Positions 37,725 to 51,059 of a stretch of DNA of 64,000 nucleotides are shown here, piece after piece. The notes under the pieces were generated by a model. It saw only the letters and a program-made list of their open reading frames with translations. It had not been told where the DNA came from and searched no databases. Position 1 is the first letter of the stretch. Each line of letters opens with the position of its first letter. Position numbers and translations under genes: made by a program. The DNA is from Vicugna vicugna (Eukaryota), in contig MU057560.1 in NCBI GenBank assembly GCA_013265495.1, positions 3,410,909 to 3,474,908 on the forward strand. Reading direction: 5' to 3'.

Positions 37725-38910
37725 GGTGGAGTGGGTTAGAGAGTCATAGAAAAGGCTGGCGTCAGGAGCATCTCACTCTGAGTTCTGACCACAAACCAGG
37801 ACAAGATCTTAACACCATCTTAAAACCGTAACCCTTTCTTTAAAACCTCTTACGGTTTCTTGTTTATGAGAAAGGACAAGAGAACTCTATCACAGTGTTA
37901 CTGTGAGGACTGATTAAAGACACATCAAATGCTCAGGTTGTCACCAACCTCCATGACCGTGTCTTGAATAATTACCTGCAGTCATCAGTGGTTGCCCTGC
38001 ATCCTCACGTGTGTCCCCGACATGCAGGACAGTGCCTGGCGTCTGACAGATTCTCAGAGAGGAAGGAATAAATGAGTAAACTGCCTACGTCTGTCTGAAC
38101 CTGTGAGCTTGGAAACATGTCCCCCGAATTCTGCCATCCCTGGAGCTGGGCTGGGCTGGAATTACCATCCCTCAGTCACAGACGATAAACCAAAATCAGA
38201 CTCTGTACACGACTTTCCTACAGGCGGTTTCTTTCCGCAGAAGTGGGGCTGGAGCCTCTCCCTCTGGCTCGCGCCGCGGCCCCTCCGTGGGCCCACGTCA
38301 GTCTGGTGGAGGGTGGGCCGTTCTCTCCTCCACCTGAAGCCACAGTGTCGGCCAAGAAATCCAGCACGTTGACCCGAACTAACTGCTCAGACGTCTACGG
38401 CATCTGCGAGACTGTTGAAATATTTACTAAACCACACGCCAGAGACCCAGAACACCCCACAGAGAATTCTACAGAGCACAGGCATCTAAAGTGTACGACC
38501 TTCGGTGGAGTATATTTTAAAGGATTGCAGAATTGAATAAATTCTGTTATAGTCACGAGCCACCAAGCCCAGATTTGCAGGTTGCATTTCAAACACTTGG
38601 CTTTACTTCTATGGAGCGCTCCCAGACTGTATCTTGCTTTCCCAGGTCAAAGTTTCCCTAACAGGACTCAATCATCCTTGTAACACTTTATAACCGCATG
38701 TCCCAATGCAGCAAACAGTCATTGAGCCCCTGATGGACACCATGAGACCAGCTGCCCTCACCTCGATTCGCTTGTTTCATAGATGGGAGATAAGGAGGCA
38801 AACACAGCTGACCGAGGTCCCCTGCTCAAGGCAGTCAGCCCTTCGTGGTTACAGCCCAGTAGGGGAGCAGCTGACGGCTCAAGGTGGAGCTGGAGACGCT
38901 GCGCCTGACC
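37725..38910. mobile_element. MIR and L2 fragments (discontinuous)
   Basis: MIR-like ggtttcttgtttatgagaaagg...tcacagtgttactgtgaggactga, L2 tail aggacagtgcctggcgt...gaataaatgagtaaa, and antisense MIR tttcatagatgggaga. Confidence 0.55.
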
Positions 38911-41107
38911 CCGTCCACGGGTGACCCAGCGCTGGCCTCTGTACCAGCCGTCTCCCGAAAGAGCTACAAGAGGAAAATATGACAAATGATGTTTTAAGAT
39001 AATGGTTGATTTCATTTTTTAGAGATTTTTTCCTTCGTGGGTGTTTTATAATGAAAATAATACTGGAAACCACCCCAAAATAAACACTTTAAAGATGATT
39101 GGAGTGTGCAGATGGTTTGACATCATTGGTCTACTGGGTGGAAATTAATAATTTATACCCACCCTCTGATGACCTGCCCAGCCTCTTGTTCAGGTCAGAT
39201 AAACATACATGCAAACCCACAAGCCGCACCGAAGCCTGGAGACTCGGCAGGGGCAGCTCTACACCAGGTGCAGGCGCTCTGGAGGTTGTCTCGCTCTCCT
39301 GCTGAAGCTGCTCCGGGTGTGGCTCTGCTGTGAGTCCCCGCAGAAGCTGCTGGGGCCGTCCCTCCGCCAGGTCCTTGCGTCCCCGCGCCCTCCACCCGCC
39401 TCCCTGGTCGCAGCCAGCGTCCGACTCGAGGCACTTTTTTCACTGAAGCTTGGTTTCCTCTGATGTTGCCTCAGTCTTCACGCCCCACTTTAAGCTTGTG
39501 TCTTCTTAGCCCTGAAACCCTGGAGGCTCCCTGGCCCCTCCTCCGGCCCCTGGCTCCTTCCGCGTAGACCTCCGTGCCTTCTGCGTTTCGCCCTGGGGCC
39601 CAGTCTTCAGGCTGCTGGCCCGTGTCCCTCCTATTCTGGAGGCTCTGGGAGGGCTCTCCTTGGGACGTGGACAAGACACTTGGGAAACCTTCGTTCTGCA
39701 GTCTTGACCCCTTCATCTAATGAAGTCAGAGTAACGTTGATCATTACTTTTACTTCACTTTACATTATTTTGTTTACATGTCTGGGTACATAAAGTCATT
39801 CATCTTATGTTCCAATACTAATCTGTAGCATAATGTTAATTTTATAGAAGTGCAAAAGTCTTGTGCAAATATGGATATGCAGAAAGAGGTGTAAGTCATA
39901 CGCCGAAGTGGTAAAGGCTTACCCTGGGTTAATGAGAAAATGTTTCCCTTCTTTGATGTGACTTTGGTTTTCTACAAATTTTAAAATAAAATATCAATTT
40001 ATAATCAATACCTGTTAACAGCAAGTAGTACTTAAGACGTGAAAGCCACAGGACATTTATCTGGGGGGTCATTTGAAAGCAAACTCATATGAGAGGCTAG
40101 TCTTCAAATACCCAGGAAAGGACAACTGTCAGGAAGCTCAATGCAAACTCTCGCTCATCCAGGTCTGATGGGTCCATTTAATTGATGACAAGACACTGCC
40201 CAACACGAAACTGTCCCCACGAGGAGGCTGAGGCCAAAGGGTTTGCTGGACTCACCTGAGAGCTGTCACCGTGCGTCCCCCCTGCAGCCGGGGACCAGCT
40301 GCTCCAGCTCCCCGCCTGGCGCCCATCTGAGGACGGTCAGCAGCTCTGCCGTCCAGTCAGCACACTCACTGCCCTGGATTCTTCCACACCCGCTGCACCC
40401 CCAGGACCACAGACACACTGCACAGCACGGCCCACTCTGTCCCGGGAGGCGTCCCGTGGGCTCCTGGAGCAGGTGCTAAGGCCCGTCTGAGCTCAACAGG
40501 AGAATGAACCCCAGACGGACCAAGAAGGAGCCAACAGGTGCCCACGTGCCTGCTCCCTCTCTGGTCAGGCTGGACCCGAGGGTCCATCCACTGTGCCCTC
40601 CACCCCCCCGCCTCTGCTGCCACCCTCGGGGACCCCCATCACATCACCTGCCACTCCACACATGCTCACTGGGCGTCTGCCGCCACCCACACAGGCCACA
40701 GCCCTGCCGTGTGGAGGATGGTGCCCAACAATCACTCGTGTCCCTGCCGAGGGACGTGTCACTTGTCACCCCCATGCCTGAGGGGGTGGACCTTGCTGGA
40801 TGCCTGACCCAGAAAGGGCTAGTCCCAGCCTCCCTCCCCGCATGTGCAGGGGGGGCAGAGAGCTCGTGACTAGACAGGGCGGTCCTGCTCAAAGGCCTGG
40901 CACACCTGTCCTCTTACGTGTTGCTAACTCTTTCCACACTATTTAGGTGTGTTTAGAAAGGAGGAGCAGACACACATTTGAAATTATTGAAAATGGAGTA
41001 TATTTATAATTAAGTGCATGTAAGTGGTGGAAAGAAATATAACAAATATTTCATAATAAAATAACTGAAAATATATACATTACATGTTTTCTTTTTCCTC
41101 CTTAAAG

Positions 41108-41118
41108 GAACACTTGAG
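41108..41118 (+). other. Candidate 11-nt microexon GAACACTTGAG
   Basis: Context ttttctttttcctccttaaag|GAACACTTGAG|gtaaga: a long pyrimidine tract and a near-consensus donor. Confidence 0.3.
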
Positions 41119-44100
41119 GTAAGAATAATGTCTAGCAAGGCATTGTTTTCAGACCCTCATCACTCTCTCAGAAAACATACAAAACCCATGAATGCCAGGG
41201 GAAAAAATCCTATATTTTGCACAATGGATCCCAACAAAATAATGCTATGCAGGAAAAGCACATTCTAACGGGACTGGGCTTCTAACCGTCGCTGTCCCGG
41301 GCCTGGATGACGCTGGCCCCTGCAGCGGCAGCGGCGACCACCCAGGGGGACCGCCCTGGAGGTCTGGCCCTGGAGGCGGAATGGCCTGCGCTCGATCAGC
41401 ACCCATGGCCAGAGTCAGTAACAGCCACCGAGTGCTGCTCACCTCCCTCCTGGGCTCCTCTGGGGGTTTGGAGGAGCTGAGGGAGAACAGACCTCAAACG
41501 TCTTCTTTGCTGCTCGGGTGGGCCAGCCTCCCGACAGTGATGCTGGAAGCCTGAGGTCCCTTAGGGCCAGACGCATTTAGCCGACGTGTTAGCTCGCCGG
41601 TGGAACTGGCACAGCCCAGAAAGTTTAATCTGCAACTGATCGTACGTTCATCCACTGAACAGTTATTTCCTGAATCCCAAATAGACGCCCCTCCCCACGG
41701 ACGTCGGTGAGCAAGGCCAGCGCAGTCCCTGCATGGGCAGAGGGAGAGGGGCCACCAGGCGGTGTGTGCAGAGGCAGCGAGTCCTCAAGCTGACGGACAG
41801 ATTGTAGGTTAGCTCTCAGGGAAGCGTCCAGCTCTGTAACTCTGATCAAAACGAAAGCGTAGGAGCCATCTGTGGGAAGGACTGGAAACAGACATGTCCC
41901 TCCACCACCGAGGACCCGGATGGACCCGCAGGAACAGGTGCGCCTCGGGAGACGCCGGACAACCAGTACCCACCGCGAGCGAGTCTCGACCCTTCCCATG
42001 GTAAGAATCAGTCGTTCAGGAGGCAGCTCTCCTTATGGACGCAACAGACCAAGCGGTCTGGAGGCCTCGCCCTGATGCCCAGTGCAGCCTGAGATGTTCG
42101 AGGGTGAAGCCACTTACGCCTGCACTGCCTGCACCTGCCATGATCGGCGCGTTTGCCAACATTTTAATGAATGTTAGTCACATGAGCAGCTCAATTTATG
42201 AACCCAAACTCACACACACAATTACGTTTGATCAAGATTTAGTGAGTGCAATTTATCCCCAAATAGGATGTTTCCCCACGAAGATGTTTTTCCTTCTAAA
42301 AAGAATGGCAAACATTGACTTTCAGTTGACACTCGTCAGCAAAATGGAGAAGAGGTGAGAGTATAAAGACGCATGTCAGTGGTGGCAACTGAGAGATGAA
42401 CGGTGTGGCAGCACACAGGAAACAGCAGAAGCTGGTGTCCGATGGTTACACGCCAAGACTCTACACCCCAGAGCTGCCTACTGGGGTGAAGACTTCCTCG
42501 GAGAAGTCGGGCGAACACGGGAAAATCGCCCTCTGACTGGCCTGATGTCGTATTGCCCCAACACCGCTGCTCCTTCACGTCTGAGATGTTCAGTCTTCGG
42601 CTGGCATCAATAATGTATCAAGTGAAAGGCAGGCTCCCTTCAAAGTTCAGCAGCATAATAACACATTAAAACTGCCGTGTGGGAAATAATTGAAAGAGTG
42701 AGAACCTGGGATTCATCGGCGGTGCAGGCGCAAGCCGATGACTAATGCAGTCGGCACGGCAGGGCTCTGCATCTGAGCTCCCAAACGCACTTACTCCCAA
42801 GATCTGTGCCATCCCTGCCCGTTTTCCCAGAGTCTGTGATGCAATTACACCCTGAAACGATGTGCTCTTTCCCAACACACCTGCTTCCTGTGGGCGTCTT
42901 CACGCAGCAGCTTCGGGCAGCATCACCGCGCTTTACAGGAACTGCGGCAGGACCGCTCCGGGGTCTGACAGGCGGTGAGGTCAGGCTCCGTGGAGAGACC
43001 TTCTGGGGAGAAGGAAGCTCCTGGTTCCCTGGCCCAGCCCCTCCTCCCCCTTCCCCGACGTCAGGGTCGGACGACGGACGCTGATGCCCAGCGAGGCTGA
43101 CGGTTGAGCTGCTGCTTGGCCGGCTCCCGTTTTCTCTTCCATCTGCTCGGGTGAACCAAGCGAGATTGCAGCCCGCGGGGAGAACGCTGCCGGGTGCGTC
43201 TCCACCCCACCCTCTTCCGACCTCTGCCCCCACCCCATCTCCATCTTCCCGGCGCCTGTGGTGTCTCCTGGTCTCAGGACCTTGTCCGTGGGCAGTCCCC
43301 CACCACGAGGTTTGGGTCTGAGCTTAGACGACAAGTGAACAGCCGACAGCTCCCTGGTCTCGGTCCCTGGAAGTTCCAGTTGATTTTTAATCTTTGTTTA
43401 CTTTCTTGTTGCCACTGTTCCTTTGTGTGCAGCACAGGCAGAAGGCTGAAAGGGGCAGAAGCGAGATGCTCCCGGACAACATACCCGCTTCATCCAAGCC
43501 TGGCCTTGAGTTACAGAAGTCAGAGCTGGCTTGGTCCTCACCAGAAGAAAGGTGCGGATGCGCGGCGAGGGATGACCTGTTAATCAGCTCGACTGCGGAA
43601 TCCTCCCACAACGTATTGTATATCAGAGAATTACTCTGTGTACTTTAAATACATCATAATTCTATCTGCCAGGTAGACCTCAATGAAGCTGAAAAAGAAG
43701 AATGGCTTGTAATTAGATCAGAATGGAGGCGTGAGGCGAAAGGTCTCACGTGTGATGAAGGGTTTCAGCACTAAGATCCCTCCGACTTCAGAAGACAGAC
43801 GTGAAGCTAAGGGCACGAGAGGTCGCCAACGGGCAGGAAACGGAGCCGACGGCACAAGCACTGGCCCTGCCCTGAGCACGCGTGGAGACCTATCTGCGGG
43901 CCTTGGTCTCGTCTTTCAGACCCCTGGACGGGAAGAGCCTCTCCAGAGGCGTGCGGTGGGCGCCCCTTGTTTCCGACAGAGCAACAGGGCGGTTTTCATT
44001 CAGAACTCGCAGGTAAGAAGAAAATTTCCTTTGCGGTGGGGGTGTGCTGGGAAGTCCAGCAAGCGCACAGCAGTCGAAGTCCAGGCTCTGTCTCGCTGGG

Positions 44101-44149
44101 TTGAATTCCCTGCTGGGAAGCGCACACACTTTAAAGACGAAGCTCAGGG

Positions 44150-44660
44150 ACGAGCTTGGCACCGGTGCCCACCCAGGGAGCCGGACCCCGGAGAAGACGC
44201 CTCACCCCGAGCAGGTCCTGTGTCTCTTCCCAGGCGACCGCACCCCAGAGGTCAGTTCCTTCGGCTCCTCACACCGCAGATCACACTTGCCCGTGTCTGT
44301 AAATTCCACATAAACGGGCTTCACAGCCTGGGGTCTTCCTGTCTGGCTTCCCTCGTTCAGCAGTTTGTGGGTGAGGGTCGGCCACGAAGCTGCATGTGCC
44401 CACAGTTTGCTCCCTTTAATTACGGAGCGGCGTTCTGCTGCACGAACACACCTCCGATGGCTAGTGTGCCCTCTTGCTGATGGAATCGCGTGTAGTCAAG
44501 TGACTTCACTAAGCATGTTCTTTACAGTCTTCCGTAGACACGTGTCTTCATTTCTCTTCAGTCCAGACCTAGGCCTGGAGTCCTTGGCCATAAAGTAGGT
44601 GCATGCTAACTTTCAAGAGGTTCCCAAACCATTTCATGTGGAGCTTCACCATTGCCCTCA
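44150..44660 (-). mobile_element. Old LINE-1 (L1ME-like) 3' fragment
   Basis: cttgcccgtgtctgtaaattccacataaacggg...tcttcctgtctggcttccctcgttcagca and gaggttcccaaaccatttc are antisense L1 3' phrases. Confidence 0.65.
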
Positions 44661-47600
44661 GGGACATACTCAGGGCGCCGAGCCCTTGTAACAGACACGG
44701 CCTCCGAAATCGGAGGCGGAGAGGGGCTAGTGGGCCCAGCTCTCCCGCACTCCTGGTGATCCCCTGACCCTGCTGGTGAGGCTTTGGGGGCGGGGTGGCG
44801 AGTGGGCTTCGACCCCGTAGATAAAGGGGGTGAGGGACGGGCTCGGAGGCCCGGAAGCAGTGGCATCTTGACACCAACAAAACCCTGAAGGCGTTCGAAC
44901 CGGCCTGGCTCTGCCCCCAGGTGCCTGCGGGTCCAGTCGCTGGGCGTGGTGTCCTGCAGCCGCACCCCCGGGACCTGTACGGATGGCACGGGCGGGGCCG
45001 CACAGAGGAGCCGGACGGAGAAGCCCGACGTGAGACATGAGCGGCCAGGACAAGCCACCAGGCACCTCTCTGTTCTCACTAACTGGCTAGAAAGGCCCGG
45101 GCTTACAAATAGCGCGCTACAGACTAGCTGTGATTAATGGCGAGTCTTCACTTACTAAGTGGACGCCCGTTAACTGGGGTGCACTTTATTCCCAGGGAGG
45201 CCCTGGGCTCCTGTTAGTCTTGGCCACCATCTTGCCAGTGCTCAAGGAAGCTTCGAGACATTCGCCACTCCGCACAGTCACCCTCGCTTCCCCAGGAGCG
45301 ACAGGGCGGGGTCAGGGCCAGGGCAGCGGTGTGGCGTCTGTGCCGGGGGCTCTGGCTCTGTGCCCCCGTCTCCACGATCACTCTGTGACCAGGGCCCTTC
45401 CTGCTGAGCACAGAGCCGTCAGTTCTCAGCACGTGACCCCTGCCTTCTTAAGCTGATAAAAATTAATCTGTCACTTTGTTTTTTTTAATCTTTTTAAATT
45501 CTGATCTCATGTTTTCAACGTTGGTCTTAAAGTTAAATAAAACTAATGAAAAATGAAATGCATCACGGATAACAAGACTATAAAGCATTACACTTAAATC
45601 CAAACCAGTGCTTTTGTCATTTGTCTGCCGGTGACGGTGTAAGGCGTTGTCAGGATGGGGAGAAACGTGCGCTTTCCCTGCCCGCTGTCGGGTCTGGCCC
45701 GTCTCACTCCTCTCGTGGACAAGGTCTCTGCATTCCAGCCCCTGCAGGAGGCGAGGCCCTGCGCTGGCGCTGGGGACCCCCGGGGCCGTGGGTGTGTTCA
45801 CCAGGCGTGCGTAGTATGTGCACTCGGGTACTGCTGCGTCTGAGGTGTTAGAATAACTAGATACCGCTGGGGCGAGCCCAGCGATTTCCTCACATTCTAG
45901 AGCCTTGCAGTGTGAGAGCGACACGCTCACGGTGGTCTGTACCGCCTGTGCCCTCTGTGAAGACTGAGCTGCGCGGCGGTAACCAGGTCCTGCCCACTGG
46001 GCATGAAATGGGGTGACTGGAAACCCTCCTCCGTCTTCCAGGAAGATACGGCCTGTGTGCGACTCACACGGTGGGAACAGCATCAACTTTTACTAACTCA
46101 GTTTAACTCGAAAGTGGATTGTTGCTGCTTTTGCAGAGCAGTGAAGAATTCACATCAGTGCCAGACACCTACAGGAGACTCTGGTGACAAGACCACGCTT
46201 TAATTATTAGAGAAAAGATAAAACAGACCCTCGTCCTCACTCTCCAGCTCTGTGTGCGCAGGTGTGCAGGTGCACTGTGACTGCGGTGAGGATGGGGCAC
46301 CTGCTGCGTGGACCCGGAGCCCCAGAGCACCAGCCTCACTTGTTGGGATCAGAACTGAGTCACTGCCCAAGCCTCGTAAAAGCCACGCACTTGTATGCAT
46401 TTCCATCCAAAGAGTGCTCTGTTCAGGTGGTCATGGATTATGTCCAAGGCAATATTACATTTAAAAATTTAAATCCACCAATAAGCCGAACTTCTTTCTT
46501 TGGAAATAACATGTACCAACCAAGGTGATAATGTTCTAATGGAGACAAGGGCCTGCCCCCTGCCCCCTCCATAAAAGAGCTGCCAGGTTCCCACACTCAT
46601 CTCCACCATCACCTCCAAAAGCAAAATTGTTTCTGGACAAGACGTGCTAAGTCCAAGGCCACGTCTCCAAAGGCCAGGCACAGCTTTGGGGACCTGCTCT
46701 GAAAGCCCCCATGACCCCCCAGGGATCAGACCTGGAAACTCGCTGGTTCCTAGAGGCCCCAAGGACGCAACTGCCCCGCTTCCCGAGACAAACCTCTATG
46801 GAGGGGAGGACCCGGCTCAGATGCGCAGAGGTCGGGAAAGGTGCGGAGGCCGGGCAGACCCAATGCTGGGGGCCCATGACCCACTGATTAAGGAAGGGTC
46901 GAAGAGGGCCAGTAACTCACTCACCATCACAGAACAAGCAATTGAAGCAAAGTTGACTCGTCCACGAAGTATCCGTGGCCTGTGTGGTTCCCACGGGAAA
47001 GTTGGCGGGCAGGGCTGCAACAGGAGGGTGGGGTTGCTTTCAGAGTCAGAAAAAACTGTGGTTTCCATCTCAATTCTGAAACTCTTTACCTTCCTGGGGT
47101 CTGCTGCCTTCATCTCAGGGGTGTGGGAGGACACTGCCCTTTGGGGTTGGGGTGCAGGTCTGAAGTGCCCCAGGTGACCACACAGCACAGCCCCTAAGAC
47201 ATGGGCACCTGCCCAGTGGGGCCCCCTTGCTGCTGGTGCTGCCACCGGGGGACTGGGACGCCCTCTCTGTCGTCCTGGAGGACCAGGTCCCAGGAAGGGA
47301 GCAAAGGTGTGGAGGGCAACGGGGGCCTTGCCTCTGACCCTGAAAGTGGGTCACCAAGAGGAAAGGCAAAAGAAGCCCCTGGGATGGGAGGTAGTCCAGC
47401 CCAGACTGTCTTCACCTCACAGGCAAAGCTGATGCTCTGGCAGCCTGGATTCACACCCTGGCTCTGTGGCAGATGGAGCAGGTGACGCAGACCAGTTTCC
47501 TGGAACACTTTAAATCTCAGTGTCGTCTTCAGTCAAGAAAGAGCCCAGTGCTTCTTAGGTGCTTAAAATAACCTCAGTCCGTGTTGTTCTGAAAGAATCA

Positions 47601-47963
47601 ACGTTTTGCACAGAAGCTGGAACACGGTGAATGTTAGATAGATGTAATTGTTACCATCCATTAAAAATATTTATCATTGTGCTTAACTCTGAAAAGCACG
47701 AAGAAAGGTGTCTCTCTTCTCTGAGCAGAGAAGGAGGGCTCAGAGGGCCTGGAGGAGGCCCCAGGGACGGTGGTCACCAGCTCCAGAGGAGCCCGACCCC
47801 CGTGCTCAGATGCAGAAAAAGAGCACCTTTCCTTTGGGTTTTCTGCAGGTCTGTTACCGCACCTCCACTCCCATTACTTTACGAGACAGCCTCCTGAATG
47901 TTTCCTAGAAGAACTCAACCAACGCATCAGCCGTCCAAAAGCTAACGGGAAACGCCGGCGGTG

Positions 47964-48667
47964 TCAGAGAGACAGGAAGTGATGTGTCCTGGTGGTTTTT
48001 CGTTGAATCACAGAAGCTGATCTCCATTAAGTGTATTACAAGTGTGAAATCAGTGTCCGAAGAGCTATACAACTGACAAAACAATTTACTTGAAAATTTT
48101 AAAATAATCTACACTGTTTCCTAATTACCCTCAATGTTACTTCAATCAATTTCTGTATTATGTGAGCATTTTGGGAAAAGTTAGCTGCCTCTTTTATAAA
48201 TGTTAAAGACTGTATATTTGAAAATAAAGTAGCTGAATCGAGTATGACTGCTGGCTCTTGAGCAAGTGTGATGAAACGGAAGACTGAGAAAGTGGCCATG
48301 GGGGTTAAAGACCAGCACGGGGCTATGTCCTTCGGGGACCTTGGATTGACTTGGGCACACGAGACCTTCATGCACAAAAAGCAGCAGTATGAGCCCACCT
48401 GCCCAGAGCAGAGGGGTGATGCTTCTCCTCTCAATCTGCCCTGAGCCTCCAGTAATCCTGTTGGGACGCAGATTGGACTCAGTAGATCCAAGGATCCATT
48501 TCTAACTCCAGCCACGTGGGAGCACGTGCTCTGTGACGCACTGTAGGAAATCCTGAAGGTGAATGGAGGGGAAGAACGTGGCAGGCTGAGGTGGGAGGGA
48601 AGGTTTCCAGAGAAGCCAGGAGATTCAGTGAAAAACCACCAGGACACATCACTTCCTGTCTCTCTGA
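47964..48667. repeat. 46-bp inverted repeat (arms 47964-48009 and 48622-48667), 612-bp spacer
   Basis: The left arm TCAGAGAGACAGGAAGTGATGTGTCCTGGTGGTTTTTCGTTGAATC is the reverse complement of the right arm GATTCAGTGAAAAACCACCAGGACACATCACTTCCTGTCTCTCTGA at 44 of 46 positions. Confidence 0.97.
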
Positions 48668-49574
48668 AGATATAAGAGCCCTGCCTGGAGGCTCAGACCT
48701 CGCTTAGGAGAGCCAGTGGCCCTGAGGACGTCCCCAGCCTCCCACTGGCTGGTCTCGGAGCCCCTCTAGGCGAGACTGACAGTGAGTATTCACGTAAATG
48801 TCTCAGTATCTCACTCGCGCCTGGGGTGTCCAATCAGAGACCGCCATCAATGCTGCCAGAGGCTTTTGTGATTGAAGGCGGCGGAAAGCTGGGGGGCAGC
48901 TTCTGCGGGTAAGAAGGCTGGGTTGAAGGCATACCCCTGAGGGAGCACACGAGCCTCAAGGAGATTCCTCTGCACCCACCTTACCCTCACTGTGGTACGG
49001 AAGTGTGAAAATGCCCTTTGACCTAAAGCACAATGTAATGCTCGCTGCGGATTAGTCTGTTTGGAGGTCAGGAGTCTGTTGGGAGACTGGCCCAGGAGGC
49101 AGATGCCTGAGACGGACGGGCCAGAGGGAAGTGGGTTTACGATTCTGAGCCTTCTCCCAGGAAGGGAAGTAGGGATGCAGAGCCAAAGGGATGGCGCCTT
49201 CCCGGATACTCGCTTGCCCTCCTTGAAGCTCATTTCTGCTTTTGCTGCTTTTGACATCCCATGGGAACACGGTTCTACTGACCCAAACTGCAAATGACGA
49301 AGGCTGTTCGAGACTTAATTTTAAATCGTTAGTGGAATTTTTCAAATTGAGGAATATCAGAACAATCCAGAAACCACCACCCCCCCCCGCCTTACACTGG
49401 CATTGGTTAGAGTGATGAGAAGGTCAAGTAGAAATTTAAAGAGCAGTTGAACATTGTGCTCATGAAACGTCTGTTGGCTTTTCCCACAGAAGTGACAGTG
49501 GCTGGTGAAAACTGAAGATTTTAAACTTTCTAAGAATCTTCAAACCTGGTTGGAATTTGTAGCATGGAGCTGCC

Positions 49575-51020
49575 CTTTGTGGGGAGGCTGTCCTTTCCCC
49601 ATTCTATACTCTTGCCTCCTTTGTCATAGATTAATTGCTCATATAAGCGTGGGTTCACTTCTGGGCTCTCTATTCTGTTCCATTGATCTATGCGTCTGTT
49701 TTTGTGCAATACTATACTGTTTTGATGGTTGTAGCTTTCTAGTAACATCTGAAATCAGGGCATGTATTATATCACCAGTTTTGTTCTTCTTTCTCAAGAT
49801 TATTTTGGCTGTTTGGGGTCTTTTGTGTATCCATACAAATTTCAGAATATTTTTTCTAGTTCTGTGAAGAATGCCATTGGTGTTTTCACAGACATTGCAT
49901 TGAATCTCTAGCTTGCCTTGGGTAGTATGGTCATTTTAACAATGTTGACTCTTCTAATCCAAGAACATGGTGTTTCTTTCCATCTTTTTGTGTCATCTTC
50001 AATTTCTTTCATCTTATAGTTTTCTTTCTTTAACCTCTTCAGTTAGATTTATTCCTAGATATTTTATTCTTTTTGATTCAGTTGTAAAAAATATTTTTAA
50101 AAGAAATTTCTCTTTCTGATAGTTCATTATTAGTGTACAGAAATGCAATAAATTTCTGTATATTAATTTTGTATCTTGCATCTTTACCAAATTAATTGAT
50201 GAGCTCTAGTAGTATTTGGCGGTGTCTTGAGGATTTTCTATTTATAGTATCATGTCATCAGCAAAGAGTGACAGATTTACATCTTTATCTCCAGTATAGA
50301 TTGCTTTCATTTCTCTTTCTTCTCTGATTGCTGTGGCTAGGACTTCCAATACTATTTTGAATAAAAGCTGTGAGTGGACATCCCTGTCTTGCCCCTGATC
50401 TTGGAGGAAGTGCATTCAGATTTTCACCACTGAGCCTGACGTTAGCTCTGGGCTCATTACACATGATCTTCATGTGGAAGTATGTTCTCTTTATACCTAC
50501 TTCCGTGAGAGTTTTTTTTTTTACCATAAGTGGATGTTAAATTTTGTCAAAGCTTTTTCTGCATCTATTGAGATGATAACGTGGTTTTTCATTCTTCAGT
50601 TTGTTGATGTGATGTATTACATTGATTGATTTGCCAATACTGAACCATCCTTGCATCCCTGGGATGACTCCCACTAGGTCATGATGTATGACCCTTTTAA
50701 TGTATTGTTGGATTTGGTTTGCTAATATTTACTTTAGTATTTTTGCACCTATGTTCGCCAGTGATGTTGGCCTGCAATTTTCATTTTTTGCAACAGCTTT
50801 GATTTTAGTGTTAGGGTGATGCAAGCTTTGTAGAATGAGTTCAGAAGCATTCCTTTTCTGCAATTTTTTGGAATAGTTTGAGGATAGGTGTTAACTCTTC
50901 TCTAAGTGTTTGGTAGAATTCACCTGTGAAGCCATCTGGTCCTGGACTTTCATTTCTTGGGAGATGTTTTTGTTACAGGTTCTATGTTATTACTGGGAAT
51001 TGTTCTGTTCATATTTTGTA
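49575..51020 (-). mobile_element. LINE-1 ORF2 internal fragment (reverse-transcriptase region), disrupted
   Basis: Minus-strand peptides ...[21 protein letters not shown] (L1 RT motif RQGCPLS) and [41 protein letters not shown] are unmistakable L1 ORF2p. Stops and frameshifts are present. Confidence 0.97.
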
Positions 51021-51059
51021 TTTGAAGAAAAGCATTTACAAAACTCACTTCTGCATTGC

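Noticed and set aside
46426..46524. Possible coding exon VVMDYVQGNITFKNLNPPISRTSFFGNNMYQPR
   Set aside because: Weak pyrimidine tract, weak donor (AAG|GTGATA) and no recognisable homology.
47964..48667. DNA transposon (MITE) explanation for the inverted repeat
   Set aside because: There is no 8-bp, TA or TTAA target-site duplication at the flanks, and no similarity I recognise to known TIRs. Not fully excluded without a database search.
48984..49022. Minus-strand ~38-nt exon candidate (gctttag|GTCAAAGG...GAGG|gtaagg)
   Set aside because: It is isolated, its peptides are unrecognised and no partner exons were found. Consistent with a chance match.
49575..51020. Active or domesticated reverse transcriptase
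   Set aside because: It is an internal L1 ORF2 fragment broken by stops and frameshifts, lacking ORF1 and both ends.
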